Below are positions 37,444 to 45,645 of a stretch of 64,000 bases of DNA, one piece after another. The stretch lies in sequence record MT679221.1; one strand, given 5' to 3'. The notes under the pieces were generated by a model. The model did no database searches. It saw only the letters and a list, made by a program, of their open reading frames with translations, and was not told where the DNA came from. Both the position numbers and the translations under genes were made by a program. Numbering within the stretch: the first letter of the stretch is position 1; each line of letters begins with the position of its first letter.

Positions 37444-38247
37444 ATGCAACTATTTAATCTATACGGTATGGACAAAAATGATCTGACCGTAGAGTTTAGT
37501 GGTCGATTGACCACCTTGGGGCAACTCCGTGAACGGATTCAAGATTTGCGACCAGTCGCAGACCAAGAAGACGACCATTGGTTAGTGTTGAGCAATAGCG
37601 GTCGTGCGCAAATGTATTTTCGTGGATGTCGTTCAGGTATTGTTTACTACATCTACGAGTTGCACGTGCTTTCCGAGCCCCTGTTCCACGAGTGGAAGTG
37701 TTTAACGCGACTCCTGGAAGTGCAGATGCTCGATATTACCTGCTTTCCGCATGACACTGAACACGCAGCACTATACCAGCGCCTGGGGTTCGAAGCTGTA
37801 ACGAAACGTGTGGAGATTACTGTCAGTCCGAAATACGGTTTTACGTCAGACCCATCGGTTGTCCCGTTGGAGACATTGTCATTAGAACAAACCCAGGATG
37901 TTTGCTATCTAATGCGGCCTACGCTAAAAGACGCAGGAACGCGTGAGATGCTGGGTGAATTAGCAAATGGTTTTGTCTCTGCGTTCGTGGGGTTGCACGG
38001 CCAGAAGCCGTTTTCGTTAATGCTTTATAAGGAGTTCCCGAAGAGCATCGTTACTGAGCAATTCTGCTGCCAAACTTTTGACCCGGTTGCTTACTCGGTA
38101 GAGTTTCTAAAACACTACCACGCCATTTTGCATTTGGCGGGACAGAAGGGTAAGAAGGTCAATATGGGCGTTGCGATAGAGCACGAGTTTCCTTCTATCG
38201 AAGGGTTGGAGTATCGTGTAATCACGCATCACTACACCCTTGCGTAA
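37444..38247 (+). CDS. Degenerate tandem GNAT-fold protein
   Basis: IYELHV...HAALYQRLGF motif B; no clear R/QxxGxG motif A. Confidence 0.5.
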   Translation: MQLFNLYGMDKNDLTVEFSGRLTTLGQLRERIQDLRPVADQEDDHWLVLSNSGRAQMYFRGCRSGIVYYIYELHVLSEPLFHEWKCLTRLLEVQMLDITCFPHDTEHAALYQRLGFEAVTKRVEITVSPKYGFTSDPSVVPLETLSLEQTQDVCYLMRPTLKDAGTREMLGELANGFVSAFVGLHGQKPFSLMLYKEFPKSIVTEQFCCQTFDPVAYSVEFLKHYHAILHLAGQKGKKVNMGVAIEHEFPSIEGLEYRVITHHYTLA

Positions 38248-38256
38248 GGAGAGAAT

Positions 38257-39069
38257 ATGCTGAGAGTTATCGAACGCACGGAGAGGATTCTGGACCGAAC
38301 GTGGTTGGAAGACCGTAAGGCGCTATCGTTGTTAAATGATATCGATCCTTCCACGTTACAAGACGAACGTCGTCTTTATTACCGAATCTTTGAAGTGTTC
38401 AGTCGGGACACAGTTGCGCCAGACGCGATCGTGCTCTGTCTGGACCACGGATATATGTTAGAAGTTATCAACATGGTTCGTGCTTTAGACGCCCAGTTAA
38501 CCTCGCTTGCGGATGCTTTACTCCGTTCAGCGGGGTGTAACTACGCGATGCATTTTACTCGTTCGGAGGGGGACGAATATGGACGCATGGGCTTTTGTTG
38601 CGAAACGATAAACTATCGCAAAATTAATTCATCGGTGCCTAGCCACGATGAGGATTTCTGTGGGGATGTCAGTTCGTTGTTCGATAGTAAGAAAGCGTTC
38701 TTGGATTGGGTTAGGATGCTTTACGGTACAAGCTCTATCTACTCAACGCTTGTCATGGGCGGGAGGATGATGTCGTGGCGAAACGCCGATAGTTACAAAT
38801 TGACAGTGCTCTCACATCGTGGACATCGCTGGGTTATTGGCGGATGGTTTACCGCAGAAGGCGTGGTTACTCTAACTCGAGAGGAGTTCGGACTGTTGAT
38901 GCACTGTATCCAGTCTGAATTACCGGTGGGGGATGAACTGATTTACACTTATCACCAATATACTGGGGGGCCTGCCGCAATGTGGTTATTAGAAAACGGT
39001 TGGCTACCTGAAAGTTATGTCTACGGACGTGCCCTGAAAACTACTAATGGAGAAAATAATGCAAATTAA
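38257..39069 (+). CDS. Hypothetical protein, possibly degenerate GNAT fold
   Basis: C-terminal PAAMWLLENGW resembles GNAT motif B. Confidence 0.45.
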   Translation: MLRVIERTERILDRTWLEDRKALSLLNDIDPSTLQDERRLYYRIFEVFSRDTVAPDAIVLCLDHGYMLEVINMVRALDAQLTSLADALLRSAGCNYAMHFTRSEGDEYGRMGFCCETINYRKINSSVPSHDEDFCGDVSSLFDSKKAFLDWVRMLYGTSSIYSTLVMGGRMMSWRNADSYKLTVLSHRGHRWVIGGWFTAEGVVTLTREEFGLLMHCIQSELPVGDELIYTYHQYTGGPAAMWLLENGWLPESYVYGRALKTTNGENNAN

Positions 39070-39337
39070 TCGTACAGTGTCGAAGTCTAAAGAAGTCGTT
39101 TACAACGTTGAAGACGGTGATGTAATGCAGTTCCGTGCCGTTATCGACGAACAGCACGTGCTCCAAGTTGTTTATCCGAAAGAGGAGATGACTCGTGCAC
39201 ATAGTCGCGTGTTGGAAAAACTCGTCGCGAAAGCCAAACAACGCGACGGCATTAAATCCTACAACGTTATGTACGGTTATCAGTTACGTGAGGTGGAAGG
39301 GGAGCTGTTAATCACCCCTGTTCCGGTAACGGCGTAA
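39059..39337 (+). CDS. Hypothetical protein
   Basis: GGAG SD before ATG39059. Confidence 0.7.
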   Translation: MQINRTVSKSKEVVYNVEDGDVMQFRAVIDEQHVLQVVYPKEEMTRAHSRVLEKLVAKAKQRDGIKSYNVMYGYQLREVEGELLITPVPVTA

Positions 39338-39347
39338 TTCGCCATTG

Positions 39348-39355
39348 TATGACCC
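39348..39355 (+). promoter_or_regulatory. Candidate late promoter TATGACCC
   Basis: Third identical octamer, 30 nt before the start codon. Confidence 0.5.
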
Positions 39356-39377
39356 TTAAACACCGTTGAGGTTAACT

Positions 39378-39860
39378 ATGGATATGATCGAATTAGGTCA
39401 GCTCCCTCAGCACGATTTTGATTTAGGCGTGCGTCATGAGGAAGGGGCCGACGCGAACACACTTATGGCCCGCTACTACGAGCTACTGACCGGTCAACCG
39501 TTGGACGATGAACACATCAACCGTTTTGAAAAACTGTTGGCACAACTCATCACCTCTAACGCAGAACGCATTGGCATGTTGAACGAAATGAACTTTGCCG
39601 ATGTAGAGCCATCAGATGCTCAGAAGATTCTTATCGATGGTCCTGTGCCGAGCGATGAAGTACAAGACCTTCTGGCAGGTATCCGTGCAGGCTTCGATGA
39701 AGCTGCTGAGAAATACGCGGAAGAGCTGGCAGATGTCGATTTGGCTGCGCCGGTTGACCCGAATCCGTCTGCAGAGGAGACAGCGGCTGCGAAATTGAAA
39801 CTCGCGCGCTTTATCTGCGCAGCCGTCCTGACAGACGACCGCGAAGAAAACCAACTGTAA
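39378..39860 (+). CDS. Acidic hypothetical protein, possibly head-associated
   Basis: About 35 D/E against about 12 K/R; several AxE sites; GAGG SD. Confidence 0.7.
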   Translation: MDMIELGQLPQHDFDLGVRHEEGADANTLMARYYELLTGQPLDDEHINRFEKLLAQLITSNAERIGMLNEMNFADVEPSDAQKILIDGPVPSDEVQDLLAGIRAGFDEAAEKYAEELADVDLAAPVDPNPSAEETAAAKLKLARFICAAVLTDDREENQL

Positions 39861-39956
39861 GGTTTGCCTCCTTGCCCACGGGTGAGGGGGTCCCTTTTTA
39901 TTTACATCAGTCCACTAACTTATGTGAAACAACCCACGTAAAGAGGAATTAAGAGA

Positions 39957-40274
39957 ATGTGGTTAAGTGCTATTCATCGTGACCTGCCAAAACGTGAAGT
40001 GACTCTTTCTGTCGACGCGGAACCGCTTACCGTTGGTGTCGCTAACTTCGACCGTATGGAAGAAGGACAGTATGTCGTGATGGACGACGATGAAAACGAA
40101 TTCATGTTATTCCATCCCGAAGTTGATGCGTCTGAAATCCGCGAGGGTTCTATCTTGTTTTCTTGGCAAGACAAAGAAACTAAGCAGTGGATGTGGTGCG
40201 TTGCTAACACAACCAATGAAAAAGGTACCGCGTATACCCCAGGGCAGCTTCATGTCGAACCTAAACCCCATTGA
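39957..40274 (+). CDS. Hypothetical protein
   Basis: 105 aa; GAGG SD. Confidence 0.7.
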   Translation: MWLSAIHRDLPKREVTLSVDAEPLTVGVANFDRMEEGQYVVMDDDENEFMLFHPEVDASEIREGSILFSWQDKETKQWMWCVANTTNEKGTAYTPGQLHVEPKPH

Positions 40275-40566
40275 GCCCACGCTCACGCACCAGGAACTGC
40301 ACGTCCGTTTTATGCGGGCGTTCACACCCCCGTTGGGTGGTGAGATTTACGATCGTTCTGTGGTTGCGGAAGTTAAAAGCATCGGCGATGAACTGATAAC
40401 ATTGTCTAATATTGTGACGGGTGTTGAGTTCACGTTACCGTTAAACGTATTCCGGTTTATTCCGCGTGTAAACGAAACGTTGCTCATCGACCGTGTACAT
40501 CATCGGATTATGGCGCAGGTACATCCTAGCCGTAAAGAGTATGTGCGCTTAGAGATGATGGTCTAA
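40252..40566 (+). CDS. Hypothetical protein (start revised from 40090)
   Basis: Short overlap with the upstream gene. Confidence 0.55.
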   Translation: MSNLNPIEPTLTHQELHVRFMRAFTPPLGGEIYDRSVVAEVKSIGDELITLSNIVTGVEFTLPLNVFRFIPRVNETLLIDRVHHRIMAQVHPSRKEYVRLEMMV

Positions 40567-40575
40567 CGCACGACT

Positions 40576-40600
40576 TTTCAGATAGATGTTATTTTACTGA
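40576..40600 (+). promoter_or_regulatory. Early-type promoter, variant class
   Basis: TTTCAGATAGATGTTATTTTACTGA. Confidence 0.6.
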
Positions 40601-40628
40601 ACCTAACTGTAAAGAAAGGAAAAAGTAG

Positions 40629-40934
40629 ATGGCTAAACAATACACAATTGTTAAACGCGCAGGTACGACTCTGCTGTACGTGGAGAAAGGTTGTGAGAAC
40701 ACTGCAACCGCCAAGAAACTGAACCTGCAAGGGTTTCTGTATCAAGGTCTCCGCGCGGGCTTGACCATCACTTTCAAAGGCTTACCACAGGCGAAGAATC
40801 TGCGCGTCGTACGTGCAGACGGTGTAGAGCGTGCCTTGGTAGCCGACACCCCGGTTGATACTATCCCTGCCAGTAAGAAGGCAGCGAAAGCAACCAAGAA
40901 AGTCGCCGATAAACGCAAACGCGTTGTCGCTTAA
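40629..40934 (+). CDS. Small basic protein with Lys/Ala-rich C-terminal tail
   Basis: ASKKAAKATKKVADKRKRVVA; monocistronic. Confidence 0.8.
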   Translation: MAKQYTIVKRAGTTLLYVEKGCENTATAKKLNLQGFLYQGLRAGLTITFKGLPQAKNLRVVRADGVERALVADTPVDTIPASKKAAKATKKVADKRKRVVA

Positions 40935-40940
40935 ATAGTC

Positions 40941-40980
40941 CCCTACCTAACTTCGGTTAGGTAGGGTTCTTTTTATTTTT
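40941..40980 (+). terminator. Intrinsic terminator
   Basis: CCCTACCTAAC-TTCG-GTTAGGTAGGG then T-rich tail. Confidence 0.85.
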
Positions 40981-40999
40981 AACCCTTTGGGGGTATACC

Positions 41000-41452
41000 A
41001 TGTTTCAATGTTCAGTCGTCAATGATGCGGAATTGGCCGCGTACAAGCAGCGCACAATCCGGGCGCTGGATGCTGAAAAACCAGTCGATGTTAAAACGCG
41101 TGCAATTATTAGGGCATTTAGCGAATGGCCGAATATCGCAACCGTTTGGGCGTTCACGGGAGAAGTTCGCAAAGACGGAGACAAGCTACGTACACGTAGA
41201 CACCACAGCTTAACATTTGTGGCAACCGAGGCGGGTCTTAAAGACATTAATCATTTATTAGAAGGATGGCAGCCACACGAATACGGGAAACGTTTTCAGT
41301 TAAACTTTACTTGGCTGCGTCAAGAAGGCAACGCGAATCTCTGTTATCCAAGCTGGACGTTTAGACTCAACTATCGACCTGACCCAGATGTGATGGAAAG
41401 AGTGATGGAGCACTGGCTCGCACTCGCAATTTTTACAGAACATAACCATTAA
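41000..41452 (+). CDS. Hypothetical protein, TYW3-like N-terminus (degenerate)
   Basis: VDVKTRAIIRAFSEWPNIATVWAFTGE; paralogue of the next gene. Confidence 0.6.
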   Translation: MFQCSVVNDAELAAYKQRTIRALDAEKPVDVKTRAIIRAFSEWPNIATVWAFTGEVRKDGDKLRTRRHHSLTFVATEAGLKDINHLLEGWQPHEYGKRFQLNFTWLRQEGNANLCYPSWTFRLNYRPDPDVMERVMEHWLALAIFTEHNH

Positions 41453-41480
41453 ATGAAGACACCCTTAAGGAGAATTAAAG

Positions 41481-41951
41481 ATGCCAGTTTTATACGGTGG
41501 CGTGGATCTGAAAGTTTTGGATCGGTTTAAACTACGGGCATCCGAAGCGCTCGTAAACGGTTGGGTCGAACGTGGGGTACGGGATGCGTGTGAAGTTATT
41601 TGCCGTTACCCCGGCGCGACGACAATGTGGTCATGTCATGGACACGGGCCATATTCTAAAAAGAACTCGCCGGGGGAGTTCCATGTAGTGTTTGTTCTTG
41701 GTGTTGGCTTTGAGCACAAAGCGCATGAGCTAGTTGCTGAGTTAATGAAAGCGGATATTCCACCATTGTGGGATTTATCCATGACGAGACTCTCGTACCC
41801 TGATGAGGATTTCGTTTATGACCTCAGCGAAATCACCCTGAAGAACACGTATAACGCGTGGAAGATAACGTATCGTTATCTGCACACCGAACAATCCCTT
41901 CGCGAAATTCGTAAAGTATTCCACACTGTTTGCAAAAAGGTTTTTAACTAA
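41481..41951 (+). CDS. Hypothetical protein, TYW3-like N-terminus
   Basis: VERGVRDACEVICRYPGATTMWSCHGH. Confidence 0.65.
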   Translation: MPVLYGGVDLKVLDRFKLRASEALVNGWVERGVRDACEVICRYPGATTMWSCHGHGPYSKKNSPGEFHVVFVLGVGFEHKAHELVAELMKADIPPLWDLSMTRLSYPDEDFVYDLSEITLKNTYNAWKITYRYLHTEQSLREIRKVFHTVCKKVFN

Positions 41952-42649
41952 TGGCTAAGCAAAAGAAACCCCGTAACAAAAAGTATAACCCGAAAGTTGC
42001 CACAGAACGTACGGCACACACCGTCGCTGAAAACGCTCTGAATCGTATCACGTTTATCGGTAGTTCGATTCGTCGCCTCGGGCCGTACGCGGGCCGTGGT
42101 TTTCACTTTACGGCAAGTCCTCGTATTCGTGCTATCGCCACAGATATGTTAGTCGGTGGGCTGTTCGACCAACCGCGACCATGGCATCTTTGGGTGATGC
42201 ACCTCACTGAACTCGACACCGGTGAAATTGTAACAGAAACCGCAGTTGCCACACTTGACGATTATACTTTGGCGGACTTCTGTGAACATGCTGAGGAGTT
42301 AGTTAAATCGTTACGCCCTGAACAGGAAGAGGGGAAGTATTTCGGTTATGCATTTGTGGCTGCACCGAACGAGCGATACGACTTCAAAGCGGAAGAAGAC
42401 CAGCTCATTGAAAACTTCATGCATTCTGGACTACTTGATACGTCGTTACATCTGTCGGAAGAACAACAGTTCGTTAGTCGTGCAGAAATGGCAAAGTTAC
42501 TTGTTGGTTATACTCGGAAGTTTGACGTGACCGTTGAACATGTCAAAGAAGTACCAGAGATTGTGAGCAAGAAAGACGAGGTGGTGCTTCCGGTTGACGA
42601 GGTTGTCAGTAAAGTAGCGACCGCGATAGGGGCAACGGGGGATTACTGA
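41951..42649 (+). CDS. Hypothetical protein with basic N-terminus KKPRNKKYNP
   Basis: 232 aa; TAATG coupling. Confidence 0.75.
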   Translation: MAKQKKPRNKKYNPKVATERTAHTVAENALNRITFIGSSIRRLGPYAGRGFHFTASPRIRAIATDMLVGGLFDQPRPWHLWVMHLTELDTGEIVTETAVATLDDYTLADFCEHAEELVKSLRPEQEEGKYFGYAFVAAPNERYDFKAEEDQLIENFMHSGLLDTSLHLSEEQQFVSRAEMAKLLVGYTRKFDVTVEHVKEVPEIVSKKDEVVLPVDEVVSKVATAIGATGDY

Positions 42650-42858
42650 TGAATCTACGTTGGCCGATTGCAGCTGCTGTGTTGTTCTGTATTTATATCG
42701 CCGTCAGTACCAGTACCCGCACTGCAGAACGTCGCGAGACCGCAACCAGCACGTTTAGGATGTGCATTGACCGTGTGGACCCGAACAGTGACACTTATCC
42801 TGATGCGGTGGATGCGTGTCGTAAAGCGGTTGCCATGACACTCAAAGAGGAAAATTAA
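42649..42858 (+). CDS. Small membrane-anchored protein with a Cys pair
   Basis: N-terminal TM; FRMC...DAVDACR. Confidence 0.7.
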   Translation: MNLRWPIAAAVLFCIYIAVSTSTRTAERRETATSTFRMCIDRVDPNSDTYPDAVDACRKAVAMTLKEEN

Positions 42859-42962
42859 TGGAGAATTTAACGCCGATTGAGATAGTGGCGCTATTGACCC
42901 TAGGTTACATGGATTTAATTTTAACCCTACGTTATCAACTTATACGCACGGTGAAACAATGA
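42858..42962 (+). CDS. 34-aa hydrophobic peptide, absent from the ORF track
   Basis: MENLTPIEIVALLTLGYMDLILTLRYQLIRTVKQ; TAATG at the start and ATGA at the end. Confidence 0.6.
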   Translation: MENLTPIEIVALLTLGYMDLILTLRYQLIRTVKQ

Positions 42963-43291
42963 AGAAAGTTTTAGTTCTGTTAGGCGCACTCGTTGCGCCT
43001 ATGGTTGCCCACGCTGCGGACAAACCACTCTTACTCGACCAGGATGTTTACGAACGTGTATTCCTGGAATGCGCTAAAACCTTTAACGGACCACAGAAGA
43101 CAACCTTTAACGATTTGGACGAAGCGTTAGAGGTCTGCCGTGACACTGCAAAAGAAATCGCGGTACGTCAAGGAACCCTCAAAATGGCGGTGGGAAGCAA
43201 CTGGGAAGAAGTGCAGGTGATGGAAAAACCGGGTTACATGGTCGACCTGAACGCTAAGTTGATGCGTGAAGAAAAACAGAAACAAAAGTGA
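42959..43291 (+). CDS. Exported protein with signal peptide and Cys pair
   Basis: MKKVLVLLGALVAPMVAHA-; FLEC...EALEVCR. Confidence 0.75.
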   Translation: MKKVLVLLGALVAPMVAHAADKPLLLDQDVYERVFLECAKTFNGPQKTTFNDLDEALEVCRDTAKEIAVRQGTLKMAVGSNWEEVQVMEKPGYMVDLNAKLMREEKQKQK

Positions 43292-43299
43292 GGTAAAGG

Positions 43300-44307
43300 A
43301 TGACGAAGCTCGTTTCGTTTTCAGCAGGGTTGGATTCCACCTGGATAATGTATCAGCTGTTGTGCAAAGCACCGGCCAATGAAGCGCGACATGTCCGTCC
43401 TGCATATTTCTCCATGTGGAATGGAGGTAACGCGAACTTCATGGAAATTCTTTGTAGTGTGGCCATTGTTGAACGGTTAATGGACAGATACCACGCACAA
43501 ACCGATCGTGTTACATGGGCGGTGCTCGGGGAAGAGAACTTTCCGCCTGTCGTTAGCGCCGGCTACGCTAACGGCTGGTCGCCTCTGGTTCAGCAAGGCA
43601 ATGTTGTTAACGGCCTCGCTAAACTGATGTGCGACATTACACGCAAACAGCACCACGCCTATGCAGTTGTTGGTTGGAATAAGCTAGATGCGTTGGAGAA
43701 TAGTCTAGAGCTGGGAGATTGGACATTAGACGAGTACGCCCGCTTAAAGAGCCTTTATAGCGAACTGATGTATTTCCAAGATCATGCCGGTCGCGTTCCA
43801 CCGCTTCTAACACCTGCGTGGGATAAAGAGAAACTGGAAATGTGGCAGGAGTTGCCGGAAGACATTCGTAGATTGGTGCAGGTCAGTAACTACAACAACT
43901 ACGAATTCGCGATAGACCGTGAGAATAACGTGCTCATCGTTTATGCCCATCCGTCAGCAAAGTCGCAGAATTATCGTAGTCTTGGTATTACACCGTCTGT
44001 GGGATGGGAGATTAAAATCAACGATGCTTACAGACGGGTATGGTGCTCTGCTCTTGGTGGTGCTATTTCTGCTATGGGTTTGGACGTACCGACTTTTGCT
44101 AACTTTAAGGACCCGAAAAGAAATCAGACAACCTTTACGGTAACTGAAGATACTGAAAGACTATTTATCACGTCATTTACAGCAGAAGAGTGGTGCGAAT
44201 ATGCACCGCATTTTAAAGCGCTTCAGGAGAAAGAAAAAGAGAGAGCGAATAATGCCAAAGCAAGTAAAGCTGTGGACGCTCCAACTGGCGAAGTGGCGGA
44301 TAGCTGA
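43300..44307 (+). CDS. QueC-like PP-loop (N-type ATP pyrophosphatase) protein, degenerate C-terminal Cys motif
   Basis: LVSFSAGLDST PP-loop; PLLTPAWDKEKLEMWQELPEDIRRLVQVSN. Confidence 0.65.
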   Translation: MTKLVSFSAGLDSTWIMYQLLCKAPANEARHVRPAYFSMWNGGNANFMEILCSVAIVERLMDRYHAQTDRVTWAVLGEENFPPVVSAGYANGWSPLVQQGNVVNGLAKLMCDITRKQHHAYAVVGWNKLDALENSLELGDWTLDEYARLKSLYSELMYFQDHAGRVPPLLTPAWDKEKLEMWQELPEDIRRLVQVSNYNNYEFAIDRENNVLIVYAHPSAKSQNYRSLGITPSVGWEIKINDAYRRVWCSALGGAISAMGLDVPTFANFKDPKRNQTTFTVTEDTERLFITSFTAEEWCEYAPHFKALQEKEKERANNAKASKAVDAPTGEVADS

Positions 44308-44635
44308 AAAACGGAATTTGCCAAAGCTGGATATAACAGTTAAGTCGGGGCTGAAATATTTGGCACCCGACTGGGACTTTCTGATGGACTACAAGAAGTC
44401 TGACAAAGGCCCCGACGCAGAAGCTGCGTATACCAAACGCTACCTGCAGAAACTTAGTCGGTTGTTTGATGAAGACACTGATAAGTTGATAGAGATTCTC
44501 CGCCGGGGCGAGGTCGTACTAATGTGCTATTGCCCACCAGGGAAATTCTGTCATCGCCACTTGCTAGTTTCTTACCTTATTGAAATCGGTGAGTGGTTCG
44601 GTTATGAAGTAATTTACATGGGCGAGTTATCGTAA
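44252..44635 (+). CDS. DUF488-like protein (start revised from 44201)
   Basis: YLAPDW...Y..RY and VVLMCYCPPGKFCHRHLL. Confidence 0.7.
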   Translation: MPKQVKLWTLQLAKWRIAEKRNLPKLDITVKSGLKYLAPDWDFLMDYKKSDKGPDAEAAYTKRYLQKLSRLFDEDTDKLIEILRRGEVVLMCYCPPGKFCHRHLLVSYLIEIGEWFGYEVIYMGELS

Positions 44636-44646
44636 GGAGAGTCCTC

Positions 44647-45042
44647 GTGAAATTGATTATGCCTAAAACCGTTCCTAATCAGGATATGGTTACGACTACA
44701 CTGTTTTCTGAATCATTACGTAACTCTGTACGTCAGACCGCTTCACGTCTAGACGTGGCAGTTGAAGAACTCGACCCAGAAGTCTTCATGAAGTATGCGT
44801 TTATTGCAGAAGGTTACGCGATCGCCCTGAGTTATGCGCGGTATGTCGATGACGTGACAGAAGCTAAACGTTATTTAGAAGGCTGTTGTCAAGTTTTCCG
44901 TGAAGAAATCACCGAGATGGAGATGGTTGACCGTGGCTTACCTGAATTTGTAAAGGTGGGTTACGATAAGCTGTTGCAATCCATCGCGGATGAGATCAAA
45001 CGTCGCGGGTTAACTGTGGTGCACAGCGCTACACTACACTAA
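44647..45042 (+). CDS. Hypothetical protein
   Basis: GTG start, AAGGAG SD. Confidence 0.7.
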   Translation: MKLIMPKTVPNQDMVTTTLFSESLRNSVRQTASRLDVAVEELDPEVFMKYAFIAEGYAIALSYARYVDDVTEAKRYLEGCCQVFREEITEMEMVDRGLPEFVKVGYDKLLQSIADEIKRRGLTVVHSATLH

Positions 45043-45054
45043 CGGCGTACGAGT

Positions 45055-45097
45055 AGGCTACCACACGATCATATGTGTGGTAGCTTATTTTTTTTGT
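45055..45097 (+). terminator. Intrinsic terminator
   Basis: AGGCTACCACAC-GATCATAT-GTGTGGTAGCTT then T run. Confidence 0.8.
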
Positions 45098-45111
45098 TTC
45101 TGGAGGCGTTA

Positions 45112-45645
45112 ATGGCAGACCGCTATCAGCCCGACCTAACACTCTCGTCGAAAGCGCTTGTCGTGGCGTTGATTAATCACGATAACGGCTTGTCATTATC
45201 GCCTGACGAGATTGTGATAAGCGGAGTAGGGCCAATCGACTTAGGTGTTGAAAGTGCCCGTACCTCGCAAGCGTACATTGCGAAAGCACGTAAACCTAAC
45301 GGCAAGAAGGTTACCGTCTATTACGACCGTCTAGTCGCTAATAAGATTATCGACCCGCAAGGACCGATACTGGTTACTGTAGCTCCCGGCGACACCTATG
45401 CTGATTTAGCGACAGTTGTAAACCAGTTATGCGGTTTAAACTTGTCACGTGAAGACATCTCGACAGGGGTTATTACACCAACAAACGAGCCGTTGATTGC
45501 AGCGATGAGTGACGATTCACCGGCTTGGACGGCTACCTTTACATTCACGGCGTTTAATGAAAAAGAAGCTGTGGCAAGTCTGGATGAAGAAACTGTTTTA
45601 TGCATCGGTGATGATGCAGTGTTAACCTACGGAGACGATGCATAA
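45112..45645 (+). CDS. Virion protein, paralogue family A (start revised from 45073)
   Basis: LVVALINHDN, TVYYDRL, VNQLCGLNLSREDI; GGAGG SD. Confidence 0.75.
   Translation: MADRYQPDLTLSSKALVVALINHDNGLSLSPDEIVISGVGPIDLGVESARTSQAYIAKARKPNGKKVTVYYDRLVANKIIDPQGPILVTVAPGDTYADLATVVNQLCGLNLSREDISTGVITPTNEPLIAAMSDDSPAWTATFTFTAFNEKEAVASLDEETVLCIGDDAVLTYGDDA

Noticed and set aside
43300-44307. Complete 7-deazaguanine DNA-modification cluster
   Set aside because: No folE, queD, queE or dpdA neighbours, and the QueC Zn-binding cysteines are missing; kept only as an orphan QueC-like finding
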